Shown here: positions 1 to 10,819 of the stretch, one piece after another | How positions within the stretch are numbered: position 1 is the stretch's first letter | Layout of the letters: the number at the start of each line of letters is the position of its first letter | DNA from: Vicinamibacterales bacterium | Lineage (GTDB): Bacteria; Acidobacteriota; Vicinamibacteria; Vicinamibacterales; G965249535 | NCBI GenBank assembly: GCA_965249535.1 | Contig: OZ252241.1 | Coordinates: 1,020,730 to 1,084,729, forward strand | Direction of reading: 5' to 3' | DNA: 64,000 bases | The notes under the pieces: model-generated | Databases searched by the model: none | What the model saw: only the letters and a program-made list of their open reading frames with translations | What the model was told of the DNA's origin: nothing | Translations under genes and position numbers: made by a program

Positions 1-672
1 ATCCTCTCGAGCGGTAACGAGTGCACCAGCCAACACGTCAGAGTGCCCATTAAGTTGTTTCGTGGCCGAGTGAATCACTAGGTCCACACCGAACTCAATA
101 GGCTTACAGAGGACCGGCGTTGCAAGTGTTCCATCCGCAACAACGGTCGCACCAGCCGCATGAGCGATCTCAGCTGTGGCTGCAATGTCAGTGATATCGC
201 ACGTGGGATTGGCGGGTGTTTCAAGCCAAACGATCTTAGTTCGACCTGGTCGAAGGGCCATCCTCAATGCATCGAGGTCCCCGTTAGGAATAAAATCAAG
301 CTGGATCCTTCCTCGACTCATCAGAGACTCCAGCCAAACTCGAATTGTCCAGTACATCATTCGGGGCGCGATAACATGATCTCCCGGAGACAATGTCTCA
401 AAGACCGTTGTTCCTGCGGCCATACCTGAGCTAAACAACAACGAGGCCTTTCCACCTTCAAGCTGTGCCAAAAGTGCCTCCGCCTGATCGTAGGTCGGAT
501 TTTGATCACGTGTATAAACGCGACCATCTGGACAACTACTGTCAGCCGAGCGCTCATAAATTTTTGAAGGGTAAATCGCCGGAACGACTGATCGTGTAGA
601 TGGTTCAATCCATCCCAACGCCTGCGCCGCCAAAGTTGAAGGTTTCAAAGGTGATCGATGTTCGTCGGTCAT
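1..672 (-). CDS. Cys/Met-metabolism PLP-dependent enzyme (cystathionine gamma-synthase/beta-lyase family); C-terminal part cut by window edge
   Basis: Not in ORF track because it runs off the edge. My minus-strand translation from ATG at 672 gives MTDEHRSPLKPSTLAAQALG...GVDLVIHSATKQLNGHSDVLAG. It carries the S-x-T-K PLP-lysine motif of the trans-sulfuration family and stays in frame to position 1. Confidence 0.75.
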   Translation of the reverse strand, partial: MTDEHRSPLKPSTLAAQALGWIEPSTRSVVPAIYPSKIYERSADSSCPDGRVYTRDQNPTYDQAEALLAQLEGGKASLLFSSGMAAGTTVFETLSPGDHVIAPRMMYWTIRVWLESLMSRGRIQLDFIPNGDLDALRMALRPGRTKIVWLETPANPTCDITDIAATAEIAHAAGATVVADGTLATPVLCKPIEFGVDLVIHSATKQLNGHSDVLAGALVTARED

Positions 673-695
673 TATTGTTGTGCTCCGAGATAAGA

Positions 696-2102
696 CTAAG
701 TGTGGGTTAGTCCGATATCAACTGTGATGTTTCTCCATTTCTCCTGCCGAAAACGGAAAAAACTAAACACTGCTCGACTGATGTGCCCACTCAGGATTGC
801 CATCCAAATGTCATTGGGTTGAAGAGTACGACTTGCCTGTATTACTACGCAAATTCCGAGGGGAACCATAATCTGCGAGACCAAAGATATATAGAGTGGA
901 CTTCTGGTATCACCTGTGCCCTGGAGAGCACCCGTGTAGGTTAGGGCAACCGTGACGAACAATCCTGAAAACGCCAAGTATCCTAGCAGCTGCCGTCCGA
1001 TCCCCACTATGAGTCCATCGGTCATCCCAAAGATTGCGAACAGATATTCTGGAATGCTAAGAAAAAACACACCAATGATACACGCAACCACAAGACCAAT
1101 ACAGGAGGCGACCTGTGCAGCTCGAATACTCCGCTCTGGACAACCCGCTCCAAGATTCTGTCCAGCTATCGCCGCTGTTGCACCCATCAAGCCAACTGAT
1201 GTCCAGGTAATCAAAGAGAACAGTTCGGAATAAGCCACCGCGTATACCGCCTGTGTCTCCGCGCTATACTCGAGTGAACCAATGAACCTCAATAACAAGA
1301 CACCAGCAATGTTCATCACAACACCTTGGAAACCAGCCGGTAGTCCAAACCTGAACAGTTCTCGTATTACAGGGAGGTCAGGTCGCCAGTCCATTAAATT
1401 CGAAAACTGAATAACGAGGCGACGGGAGAAAAATAGCCAGACAAACACAGTACTCACGATACCATCTGCCATGACCGTTGCCATGGCAGCACCACGTGTC
1501 CCGAATGCTGGAATAGGCCCAAGACCAGGGATAAGAATCCCATTTAGAATAATGTTCAAAACCGTGAGCGCAATGCCTAGATATAGTGGTGTCCTTGCAT
1601 CACCGGCCGCCCTTAAAGCACCGGCACACATAAAGAACATCAGCAGGCCAATACTAAAAACGAACATAATCCTGAGATAAGGGAGAGCTTCAGCCCTAAC
1701 ATCTGGTGAGGGATTCACTATGTCGAGTAGATGGGGTGCGAAAATATAACCAAGTGGTGCCATCACACCGATGGCCAGCAAGACTGAGAGCAGAAAAGCT
1801 TGATAGACACACCGATTGACCTTGTCTGGTTCACTGGCCCCAGTAAAACGGGCCACCAGTACTGCCATACCCGTATAGACTGAGGAAATAAAAACAATAA
1901 CGACAAGTAATATCTGGAAACTGATACCAATCGCCGCATTCCCAACATGACCAACGAATTGGCCAACCATGATCTGATCAGCGATTCCCTGAAGACCACC
2001 CAACAAATTCAGTAACATTGTAGGCCAAGCAAGTTTCCAAACCGCCCTTGCAATTGAACCCTCAATCAGGCTTCGATCGAATTGTGTCGTAGGTTGAGTC
2101 AA
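696..2102 (-). CDS. MATE family efflux transporter
   Basis: 468-aa polytopic ORF. N-terminal WPTMLLNLLGGLQGIADQIMVGQFVG and the overall 12-helix pattern are typical of NorM/DinF-type MATE proteins. Confidence 0.85.
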   Translation of the reverse strand: MTQPTTQFDRSLIEGSIARAVWKLAWPTMLLNLLGGLQGIADQIMVGQFVGHVGNAAIGISFQILLVVIVFISSVYTGMAVLVARFTGASEPDKVNRCVYQAFLLSVLLAIGVMAPLGYIFAPHLLDIVNPSPDVRAEALPYLRIMFVFSIGLLMFFMCAGALRAAGDARTPLYLGIALTVLNIILNGILIPGLGPIPAFGTRGAAMATVMADGIVSTVFVWLFFSRRLVIQFSNLMDWRPDLPVIRELFRFGLPAGFQGVVMNIAGVLLLRFIGSLEYSAETQAVYAVAYSELFSLITWTSVGLMGATAAIAGQNLGAGCPERSIRAAQVASCIGLVVACIIGVFFLSIPEYLFAIFGMTDGLIVGIGRQLLGYLAFSGLFVTVALTYTGALQGTGDTRSPLYISLVSQIMVPLGICVVIQASRTLQPNDIWMAILSGHISRAVFSFFRFRQEKWRNITVDIGLTHT

Positions 2103-2633
2103 CTTGATGATCCGAGTCTGTCAAACGATCCCGCAACTATCACTATTCAAAAGGTATGACCAACTATGGAATCTTACTCCAACAACCGTTAGACTTCAGC
2201 GAGCTCGTTGTTCGCTCAAAAAGATCCAATGCAGACTCTTGGACTCTCTCGACTCTCTTCCCGATCCCAGGGGGATTGGTGACATGGATGCTTGCCTGGA
2301 GAGTTCAAACGAGCGGCAATTCCCCTATCGCTTTGCCCTAATTTGCACAAATCATACATAGTACCGACCATCCGAACAGGAGGTCTAGCTGAGCACGCCG
2401 ATCAGGCTTTATTACCTTGTGGTAAGGTGGAATCGGTAGAAGCCGTTGGGCAAGCACCGTTGGGGGAAGAAGCAGAACAAATCCCGAGCGTCAGCTCGCT
2501 GACACCCTTGTATACTCCGATCATCGCTTTTAGCCTTCACTTCATTGCCGGTGTCGAAGATTCTCGATCAGACTTCCGTGCCACAGACACAAAAGTTGCC
2601 AAAGTTTTAGAGATTAAATTGGAGGCATGAATA

Positions 2634-5084
2634 TTGGCCAAGCGCAGCCGCCGAACCCGAAAAACTCCCCTATTCGAGCAACCCGGTTCCACTGAAGTCG
2701 ACACCCTAGTTACTTCGAAACCACACCGCGATGAAAATGCGCTGGCCCTCCACGAAACCGTGCAGACCCAATATCTAAACTATGCACTCTCCGTCATCAC
2801 TTCACGCGCACTACCTGATGTCCGCGATGGTCTCAAACCCGTTCAGCGCCGTATTCTTTACACCATGTGGCAGCAGAACCTAACGGCTGAGACCAGGTTT
2901 CGCAAATGCGCAAAAATTGTCGGCGACGTGATGGGAAACTATCACCCACACGGCGATGTTGCCCTTTACGAAACATTGGTCCGAATGGCTCAACCATTTG
3001 CTCTACGTTACCCACTCGTTGAGGGTTCAGGCAACTTCGGTTCGCTAGACGGCGACAATGCAGCCGCCATGCGCTATACGGAGTGTCGACTGGCTAAACC
3101 GAGCACAGAATTACTATCGGAACTCAAGCAAGAAACCGTAAGCTTTCGGCCGAACTACGATGGAACCAAATTTGAACCTGTCGTTCTTCCTGCCAGGTTG
3201 CCAAATCTACTTATTAACGGTGCAACGGGAATTGCCGTAGGTATGGCCACTAACATCCCACCACACAGTCTGAACGAGATCTGCACTGCTCTTCTAAAGC
3301 TCTTGGAAAATTCCAATCTCAGCAGTGTCCAACTTTGCCGATACGTAAAGGGGCCAGAGTTCCCTACCGGCGGACAGATTCTTAATTCATTCGACGAAAT
3401 AAAAACTATCTACGAGACCGGTTCAGGCTCTATCCGCTTACGAGGAACTTGGGAATCTGGACCTGCCACTCGTTCATTCAAGACATTGTACATTACCAGT
3501 GTTCCATATACCGTGAGTAAGGCACAGCTAGTTGCACGGATCACCGACGTGGCGCTGTCACTGAAGCTACCGCCGTTACTCGATGTTAAGGACATCTCAA
3601 CCGACGATGTAAAAATAGCACTAGAACTTAAACCAGATGCTGATGAAAAAAAGGTTATGTCCTACCTGTTTAAGCACACACCACTCCAAACAAGCTTTAT
3701 GGTCAACCTTACGTGTCTAGTTCCGACAGACAACCCAGAAATTAGCCGACCAGAGCGCGTGAATCTCAAGTCAGCACTTTGGTACTTTCTTCGCTTCAGA
3801 CTTGAGGTTACAACCAAGAGACTAGAATATGAACTCACGTCCCTCAAAACACGAATCCACATCCTCGAAGGATTTAAACAAGTCTTTGATGCTCTTGACG
3901 AAGTCATCAAACTCATCCGTCGATCTGACGGAAAAAAAGATTCCGCTGACAAAATCAAACGCAGATTTAATCTTGATTTAGAGCAAGTCAACGCTATTCT
4001 AGAACTAAGAATATATCGCTTAGCGCGACTAGAAATTCTCGTTATTCGGGATGAACTCACAGCGAAGCGTAAACGAGCTCTGCAAATTCGTGGATTCCTT
4101 AAGCACGAGAGTCGTCGGTGGTTGCTTGTACGCGATGAAATTCAAGAAATTCAAGAAACGTACGCTGACCCAACAAAGGACTCACGAAGAACAACGATTA
4201 AAAGTGATCCCCAGGAAATCGAATTTAGTGCTGACGATTTCATCGTTGATGAAGATAACGTCGTATTAATTTCACGTGACGGATGGATAAAGCGCCAAAA
4301 GGAATTGCGGGATGCTGCGAGCACCCGTTTACGAGAGGGTGATTCCCTACTCGCAGTTCTGCGGGGTAGTACCCGTGCATGCGTTGTATTTTTCTCCACT
4401 TCTGGTGTCGCCTATACGAGTCGGATTGTCGATATCCCCGCATCAACAGGGCACGGTGAACCGATCCAGCGATTATTCAAGCTGAAGGATGGCGAGAAAA
4501 TCGTCGCAGCACTCAGCCTGGATGAACGTATAGCACCGAATATTTCTACCGCTAAGAAGGATCGCATACCAGCAACTCATGCTGTGGCGGTATCTAGTGA
4601 TGGATATGCTCTTCGCTTCGGCCTAGACTCATTTGCAGAACCCAGTACCCGTGCAGGTCGACGATTCACCAGACTTAATGAAAATGCCGAGGTAGTTGGG
4701 GTGGCGAAGACAGAGGGTACCGAAGTGATAATTGCCGCAACCCGTCAAGCACGAGCGATACTATGCAGGATCAACGGGGTCAATTATCTTTCTGGGCCCG
4801 GCAAAGGCGTGATTTTACTTAAGATCTTAGGTGGGGTGGACCGGGTAATCGGCTTCATCCTATCAAGTGGTAACCGCCGAGACTTACTGACTGTTGAAAC
4901 TAGTCGAGGTGCTACACAGACAATTAGCACGGCCAAGTATGAAGTGACAAACCGAGGAGGGAAAGGTCGTGAATTACTACAGCGCGGTCGATTCACCAAG
5001 GTCCTCACTCCAGTTACGGAAGATCTCCATCTAATTGCAGTTGAACCAGGCAAAACCGTTAGTAGGGACAGAATCTCTGACTGA
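2634..5084 (+). CDS. Type IIA DNA topoisomerase subunit A (GyrA/ParC family, ParC-like signature)
   Basis: 816-aa ORF with TTG start. Motifs: [27 protein letters not shown] and catalytic-Tyr region AAMRYTE. KPVQRRI is the variant I associate with ParC rather than GyrA (KPVHRRV). A basic extension of about 45 aa precedes the conserved core. Confidence 0.85.
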   Translation: MAKRSRRTRKTPLFEQPGSTEVDTLVTSKPHRDENALALHETVQTQYLNYALSVITSRALPDVRDGLKPVQRRILYTMWQQNLTAETRFRKCAKIVGDVMGNYHPHGDVALYETLVRMAQPFALRYPLVEGSGNFGSLDGDNAAAMRYTECRLAKPSTELLSELKQETVSFRPNYDGTKFEPVVLPARLPNLLINGATGIAVGMATNIPPHSLNEICTALLKLLENSNLSSVQLCRYVKGPEFPTGGQILNSFDEIKTIYETGSGSIRLRGTWESGPATRSFKTLYITSVPYTVSKAQLVARITDVALSLKLPPLLDVKDISTDDVKIALELKPDADEKKVMSYLFKHTPLQTSFMVNLTCLVPTDNPEISRPERVNLKSALWYFLRFRLEVTTKRLEYELTSLKTRIHILEGFKQVFDALDEVIKLIRRSDGKKDSADKIKRRFNLDLEQVNAILELRIYRLARLEILVIRDELTAKRKRALQIRGFLKHESRRWLLVRDEIQEIQETYADPTKDSRRTTIKSDPQEIEFSADDFIVDEDNVVLISRDGWIKRQKELRDAASTRLREGDSLLAVLRGSTRACVVFFSTSGVAYTSRIVDIPASTGHGEPIQRLFKLKDGEKIVAALSLDERIAPNISTAKKDRIPATHAVAVSSDGYALRFGLDSFAEPSTRAGRRFTRLNENAEVVGVAKTEGTEVIIAATRQARAILCRINGVNYLSGPGKGVILLKILGGVDRVIGFILSSGNRRDLLTVETSRGATQTISTAKYEVTNRGGKGRELLQRGRFTKVLTPVTEDLHLIAVEPGKTVSRDRISD

Positions 5085-5389
5085 AAGGTAACAAACTGAC
5101 TCTACCATTGACGACACTGCGCAGTTCAAATGTCAACTGTGAATCCAGCCCATTAAACCTATCGACATATGATTCTGATCCATGCGATCATGAACGCTAG
5201 ATATACGAAACTGGAGAGATTCACACTGTCCGTCCAGAGCAACGTCGATCAAGATATTTTTACCATTACATCCATGTAATGTTGTGAGCTCGTGTTTTTT
5301 TTGCTCCGAATAATTCAGGCTCCTAAAACCTTAATTGCTCAAAAGTGTGACTCTTCCATGATGATGAGCAGGGTACCGTTCGCCGCGCT

Positions 5390-7312
5390 ATGACCTCAAC
5401 ATATACAACAAAAGACATAACGGTTTTACAGGGACTGGAGCCCGTCCGAAAGCATCCTGGAATGTACATTGGCGGAGTCGGATCCACAGGACTGCATCAT
5501 CTACTTTGGGAACTTATTGATAACTCAGTCGACGAGGCCATAAATGGCCATGCGTCAAACATTGGCGTAATCCTCCATGTTGATAGAACGTCTTTGACAG
5601 TGACCGACGATGGACGAGGAATCCCAGTCGATAAACAAGCAAAAACAGGTAAGAGCGCATTAGAAATCATCTTTAGCACCTTGCATGCAGGCGGAAAATT
5701 TGAGAGCCGTGCTTATAAGACTTCTGGTGGTCTTCACGGTGTTGGGGCAAGTGTCGTAAACGCACTCTCTAAGGAACTGGTCGCATCCTCTAAGCGTAAC
5801 GGGTTTGAGTGGCGGCAGCGTTTCAAAGAGGGCAAGCCGGTCGGTCCAGTTGAAAAAGTTGGTTCCGTCCGTGGAACTGGTACGAGCGTATTCTTCCGGC
5901 CAAGTCCAACTATATTTCCAAAAGTTGAGTTCGATCCTGACGTTATCCGTAATCGGTTGGAAGTGACAAGCTACTTACACAAGGGCATAAAGGTCATTTT
6001 TGAAGATAAAGCCACTAAACACAAGCACGTCTTCGAAAGTAGTAATGGACTCATTGATTATTTGCAGAGGCTAATCATGGGTCGAACCGCCAGTCCAGTA
6101 CACGACGCTCCATTTACACTACTTAAGCACCATGAAGATAGCGGCCTACAGATCAATCTAGTACTGAAGTGGACTCAGTCAACGGATGAGTATCTCCTTA
6201 GCTTTGCGAACGGTATCCCGACCGGTTCAGGAGGTACCCACGAAAATGGACTACGGTCAAGCCTGAGCAAAGGTTTGCGGAACTTTATCGAAACACACAA
6301 ACTGTTAACTAAAGGAGTAACTATTGCCGCTGAAGATATCCGGGAAGGACTTATCGGTGTATTGAGTGTATTTATGCGTGACCCTCAATTCGAGGGACAA
6401 ACCAAGGATCGTCTGAACAATCCTGAACTACTTACACTTGTCGACTCAATAGTTCGCCCTGCCTTGGAGCACTGGTTGCATACCAATATCAGCGCGGCTG
6501 AATCAATTGTTAGCCGTATCATCCTGGCAGCCCGTGCACGCGAGGCTAGCCGCGCGGTACAGCAAGAGGTGTCACGGAGAGGCGCTTCAACTAGTCGTAT
6601 TAATCTGCCGGTAAAACTCAGCGACTGTACAACTCCTGGCGCTAGAAGCTCTGAACTGTTTATTGTAGAGGGTGACTCGGCTGGTGGTTCAGCGAAACAG
6701 GGCCGTGATCGCGTTCGGCAAGCTATCTTACCGCTTCGTGGCAAGGTACTGAACGTCGAAAGCGCGTCACTTGCAAAAGTAATGGAAAACAACGAGCTGA
6801 ACGATCTAATTACCTCCCTAGGATGCGGATTTGGGAAAACATTCAATCTGTCGCGCCTACGATATGGAAAAGTCATCATCCTAGCTGATGCGGACTCCGA
6901 CGGGAATCACATTGCTACACTCTTATTAACTTTCATTTACCGCCACCTGCCACAACTCATAACAAACGGAAAGATCTACCTGGCACAGCCACCGCTCTAC
7001 CGGATCGACGTCGGAAAAGAGACCTACTGGGCACTCGACGAGCCCCAGCGTGACGTTATTCTTAAACGGGTAAGTTCAGAAAACGGTCAACCTATACCTG
7101 AAATAACTCGTTTCAAGGGCCTAGGTGAAATGATGCCAAAAATTCTGTGGGAAACCACCCTAAACCCAGAAACCAGGCGACTATTACGTATTGATATCAC
7201 TAATCCAATCGCCACTGATCGGATCATCAACGAGTTGATGGGAAGAGATCCCTCTGCTCGGTTTAGATTCATCATGGAACGGGCGGCAGGGGCGGAAAAA
7301 TTGGATCTCTAA
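5390..7312 (+). CDS. Type IIA DNA topoisomerase subunit B (GyrB/ParE family)
   Basis: 640-aa ORF. GHKL ATPase motifs LEPVRKHPGMYIGG and ELIDNSVDE, Toprim EGDSAGGSAKQGRD, PLRGKVLNV, and DADSDGNHI. Confidence 0.9.
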   Translation: MTSTYTTKDITVLQGLEPVRKHPGMYIGGVGSTGLHHLLWELIDNSVDEAINGHASNIGVILHVDRTSLTVTDDGRGIPVDKQAKTGKSALEIIFSTLHAGGKFESRAYKTSGGLHGVGASVVNALSKELVASSKRNGFEWRQRFKEGKPVGPVEKVGSVRGTGTSVFFRPSPTIFPKVEFDPDVIRNRLEVTSYLHKGIKVIFEDKATKHKHVFESSNGLIDYLQRLIMGRTASPVHDAPFTLLKHHEDSGLQINLVLKWTQSTDEYLLSFANGIPTGSGGTHENGLRSSLSKGLRNFIETHKLLTKGVTIAAEDIREGLIGVLSVFMRDPQFEGQTKDRLNNPELLTLVDSIVRPALEHWLHTNISAAESIVSRIILAARAREASRAVQQEVSRRGASTSRINLPVKLSDCTTPGARSSELFIVEGDSAGGSAKQGRDRVRQAILPLRGKVLNVESASLAKVMENNELNDLITSLGCGFGKTFNLSRLRYGKVIILADADSDGNHIATLLLTFIYRHLPQLITNGKIYLAQPPLYRIDVGKETYWALDEPQRDVILKRVSSENGQPIPEITRFKGLGEMMPKILWETTLNPETRRLLRIDITNPIATDRIINELMGRDPSARFRFIMERAAGAEKLDL

Positions 7313-7346
7313 ATTTTCGAACTCAGGTGCCCAAGGACGAAATTAG

Positions 7347-7375
7347 TTGAATTATGCTAAGGTCGCGGCTAAAAT
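7347..7375 (+). promoter_or_regulatory. Sigma70-like promoter upstream of TonB-dependent receptor
   Basis: TTGAAT (7347-7352), a 17-nt spacer, then TAAAAT (7370-7375), 27 nt upstream of the GTG start at 7403. Confidence 0.4.
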
Positions 7376-7402
7376 ATTTCTAGTGGATAAGGACGACAGG
7401 GC

Positions 7403-10400
7403 GTGAGTAGTTTCGTAACATCTTTGACAAGCAGGACAAAAACTAGCAGTTGCAATGGCATAGCGTGCTTGTTGGGCCTGTTCCTGTCGTTACATCTTGG
7501 GTTGTCATCCGCAGGTGCTGAACAGACTCACCTCGGTTCAATTGGTGGAACGGTTACTGACCCATCAGGAGCAGTGATCATTGACGCGGAAATAAAGCTC
7601 ACTCATGAACAAACCAACCTAACGCGCAGGACTATTTCTGCATCAGACGGTGCGTTCAGCATTTCACAGCTCGAACCTGGCACTTATCAACTACAAGTTG
7701 AACTCACGGGCTACAAGACATTCCTAAGTCGTGCCACCGTGCAGGTTAATCACCACCTTAGAATCGAGGTCTCACTAGAAATCGGAAATCTAAACGAACA
7801 AATTATCGTCTCGGCCCCAGCAACGCTAATCGAACAAGATTCCGTAGCGCTGGGTACAATCATTAACAATAGACAAATCATAAGCTTGCCACTCGACGGA
7901 CGGAATTTCCTCTTGCTGTCGTTAATTGCACCAGGCACATCCCCGGCAGCGCAAGGTTCGGCTGGTTCAGTTCGTGGAGACTTCACATTCAGCGTCAATG
8001 GGGCACGTGAGGATATGAATTCTTTCCTTCTCGACGGCGCCCTCAACATCGATCCTAAACTCAACACGCCTAGCGTCCACTCGCCAGTGGATGCCATTGG
8101 CGAATTTCAGGTGTTGACGAGCACCTATGACGCAGCATTCGGTCAACATGCAGGTGGACACGTGAACGTGATCACGAAGTCTGGAACCAATCAGATAAAT
8201 GGTACGCTGTACGAATTCTTCCGAAGTCAAACCATGAACGCGAGAAACTCCTTCGCCTCGCGAGCCACTGAGGACCCCGATTACAACCGTAACCAGTTCG
8301 GTGCTTCGTTGGGTGGACCCTTGATCCAAAATCGAACCTTTTTCTTCGTGAATTACGAAGGCTCAAGACTCTCGGAGGGAATCACACGCGTGACGAATGT
8401 TCCTACATTGGCAGAACGAACAGGTGACTTTTCTCAGAGCGCATTGCCAAAACCGATTGATCCATGGACGGGACAACCCTTTCCAAATGGGAAGATCCCT
8501 CAACCTTACTTAAATCCCATCGGAGTGGCGATTGCTGGACTTTACCCAGCACCAAATCGTAGCGTAACATCTGAAAATTTCGTTTCTTCTCCAACACTGC
8601 GCGATCGGAAAAATCACTTTAATATCCGATTAGATCGCGCTCTCGGCAGTGACTCACAGCTAACCACTAGATATAGCGTAAGTGACCGACGGTTATTCGA
8701 GCCGTTCTCAGGGCAGGGCTTCTCTGCTGTTCCTGGTTTTGGAACGAACGTACCTAGGCGAGCACAAAATTTAATGATCAGCAACACGTCCGTCCTGTCC
8801 TCAACTCTTGTTAATGATGTCCGTGTAGTTTTTAATAGAGTCTCAGGAGGTTCCTTTCACGAAAACACTGGAACTAGTATTAATCGGACTATCGGCCTCC
8901 CTGAACTCTCAGACAACCCGAGAGACTGGGGATTAAGCTTTATAACAGTCTCTGGCTTTTCCCCCCTCGGCGACGAGTTCAACAACCCGCAGCAAAGCAC
9001 GACCAATACGTTCCAAATCCGTGACACGCTAACTTACGCGCACGGAGGTCATCTGCTAAAGTTTGGCTTCGACGCACGTACTATTCGGCAGGATGCCTTT
9101 CGAGACGTACAATCTAGAGGACTCATGACGTTTTCAAGCATGCCATCCATCACGGGTAACTCACTAGCTGACTTGTTGATGGGATTGCCGTTACTGACGG
9201 GTGGAGCCGTGCTGGATAACTCGCAACGTCTCCGCACCGAAAGCTACAGCTTGTTCGTCCACGACAATCTACGCCTAAGCCCGAACCTAACGTTGTCTGC
9301 CGGACTACGCTACGAATACAACTCACCCCCAGTAGACGTAGATGATCGCGCTAATACCTACGACCCCACCACACAATCTCTAATCCAAGTGGGAACGAGA
9401 GGTATTCCCAGAGCCGCGTACAGTGCCGATAAGAACAACTTTTCCCCTAGAGTTGGTCTCTCTTGGTCACCAACAGCTGATGGTAAGACAGTTCTCCGAG
9501 GCGGTTACGGTATCTACTACGACACCTCATCGCTCGCACCGAATGAAGGGTTGTATTTCAATCCTCCATTCTTCGACTTCAGTTTATATTTCCCAGTCCA
9601 AGGACTGCCACTAACTCTGTACGACCCTTTTCCGGAATTTTTCCCAATTCCAATTCCCTCATCAGCACTGGCATTCCAACGGGACATGCGGACACCGTAT
9701 CTCCAACGTTGGAGCGCCAACGTGCAACGGCAACTCGGTTCGAGTCGTAGCTTGGAATTCGGGTACGTCGGTTCACGTGGTAGCAATCTCATAGGAGCAC
9801 GTGACATCAATCAGGCAACTCCGAGCCCACAACCATTCAACCTAAGACCCGTCCCCCATTTTGCCGACATCGTTTCTCTTGAATCCCGTGGAAGCTCTCT
9901 CTATAACAGCTTGCAGATCAAGTTCATCCAGCGGCTCGACTCTGGATTTTCACTGCTATCGACCTATACACTCGGAAAATCAACAGACGATGTATCAAAT
10001 TTCTTTCCGAGCACTGGCGATCCGAATTTTCCGCAGGACAGCAATAATCCAGAAGCGGAACAGGGACGCTCAAACTTCGATGTTAGGCACCGAATCGCCC
10101 TAATTTTTCTTTATGAACTGCCCTTCGGAAGTGGACACCGATACCTCAATAACGGAGGTTGGACATCTCGGCTCTTCGAGAACTGGCAACTTGTTGGCAT
10201 GACGACGTTACAGAGCGGTCGACCGTTTACCGTGGCACTCCGACCAGAAATTGACAACAGCAACACTGGTCGGGCAGCTCTCGGATTCGGAGCCAATGAT
10301 CGTCCGAATCTGGTTGGTGATCCGAACCTTTCTAACCGTTCTGCTAGTCAGTGGTTCAACACCGGAGCGTTCGCCCTTCCTCCCTTCGGGCACTTCGGTG

Positions 10401-10636
10401 ACGCAGGGCGTAATATCCTGGATGGCCCAGGATTTCAAAATGCGAGCATAGCTTTACTTAAACAGATACCTCTTAATGAGGATGTCAGACTGCAGCTTCG
10501 ATTTGAAGCTTTTAATCTCCTAAACCGTGTCAATCTTCATCTACCAGATAATTTTTTTGGATCGCCGACCTTTGGACGGATTCTCTCGTCTGGATCCCCA
10601 CGCCGACTACAACTCGGTCTGAAACTGCTATTTTGA
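7403..10636 (+). CDS. TonB-dependent receptor with N-terminal carboxypeptidase-regulatory-like domain
   Basis: 1077 aa with a signal peptide. CarboxypepD_reg-like segment GTVTDPSGAVIIDAEIKL...GTYQLQVELTGYKTF, plug-like ISLPLDGRNFLLL, and a long beta-barrel ending in a terminal Phe (LGLKLLF). Confidence 0.85.
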   Translation: MSSFVTSLTSRTKTSSCNGIACLLGLFLSLHLGLSSAGAEQTHLGSIGGTVTDPSGAVIIDAEIKLTHEQTNLTRRTISASDGAFSISQLEPGTYQLQVELTGYKTFLSRATVQVNHHLRIEVSLEIGNLNEQIIVSAPATLIEQDSVALGTIINNRQIISLPLDGRNFLLLSLIAPGTSPAAQGSAGSVRGDFTFSVNGAREDMNSFLLDGALNIDPKLNTPSVHSPVDAIGEFQVLTSTYDAAFGQHAGGHVNVITKSGTNQINGTLYEFFRSQTMNARNSFASRATEDPDYNRNQFGASLGGPLIQNRTFFFVNYEGSRLSEGITRVTNVPTLAERTGDFSQSALPKPIDPWTGQPFPNGKIPQPYLNPIGVAIAGLYPAPNRSVTSENFVSSPTLRDRKNHFNIRLDRALGSDSQLTTRYSVSDRRLFEPFSGQGFSAVPGFGTNVPRRAQNLMISNTSVLSSTLVNDVRVVFNRVSGGSFHENTGTSINRTIGLPELSDNPRDWGLSFITVSGFSPLGDEFNNPQQSTTNTFQIRDTLTYAHGGHLLKFGFDARTIRQDAFRDVQSRGLMTFSSMPSITGNSLADLLMGLPLLTGGAVLDNSQRLRTESYSLFVHDNLRLSPNLTLSAGLRYEYNSPPVDVDDRANTYDPTTQSLIQVGTRGIPRAAYSADKNNFSPRVGLSWSPTADGKTVLRGGYGIYYDTSSLAPNEGLYFNPPFFDFSLYFPVQGLPLTLYDPFPEFFPIPIPSSALAFQRDMRTPYLQRWSANVQRQLGSSRSLEFGYVGSRGSNLIGARDINQATPSPQPFNLRPVPHFADIVSLESRGSSLYNSLQIKFIQRLDSGFSLLSTYTLGKSTDDVSNFFPSTGDPNFPQDSNNPEAEQGRSNFDVRHRIALIFLYELPFGSGHRYLNNGGWTSRLFENWQLVGMTTLQSGRPFTVALRPEIDNSNTGRAALGFGANDRPNLVGDPNLSNRSASQWFNTGAFALPPFGHFGDAGRNILDGPGFQNASIALLKQIPLNEDVRLQLRFEAFNLLNRVNLHLPDNFFGSPTFGRILSSGSPRRLQLGLKLLF

Positions 10637-10819
10637 ACTTGATCTCGGCGAGGCGTACGGTGAATTAGAACCGACAACAAACGACGTCTAAGTCCGTACT
10701 GTTAGGACATTCGGTCCTAAGAATTGAATATTTTAAGAATTTATGATGGATCTGCCGATGCTCGACACAGGTTCGATTCTGGAGGTGCACGAGTGCATCG
10801 ATTACCCACCCTGGTAGCA

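Noticed and set aside
2104-2630. ORFs of 85, 61 and 112 aa in the 530-bp MATE/topoisomerase intergenic region, and a GGAAGAAGCAG string reminiscent of SRP RNA helix 8
   Set aside because: The ORFs have no recognisable motifs or RBS and overlap each other. The SRP-like string lacks the closing CC-GGAA-GG stem and the flanking conserved AGCA/GGUCC context, so I do not call an ncRNA.
5264-5302. AT-rich palindrome plus T8 run as a terminator between the topoisomerase genes
   Set aside because: The stem is 8 bp of mostly A-T pairs and lies 13 nt from the T-run. No GC-rich hairpin abuts the T8. It is too weak to call.
6385-6879. 164-aa minus-strand ORF inside the topoisomerase B gene
   Set aside because: It lies antisense within a strongly supported CDS, and its Arg/Ser-rich translation has no motif.
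10702-10720. TTAGGAC-ATTCG-GTCCTAA hairpin after the TonB receptor gene
   Set aside because: The stem is only 7 bp and the downstream T-rich stretch is interrupted. It is used only as mild support for the later start of the next gene, and I do not call it a terminator.
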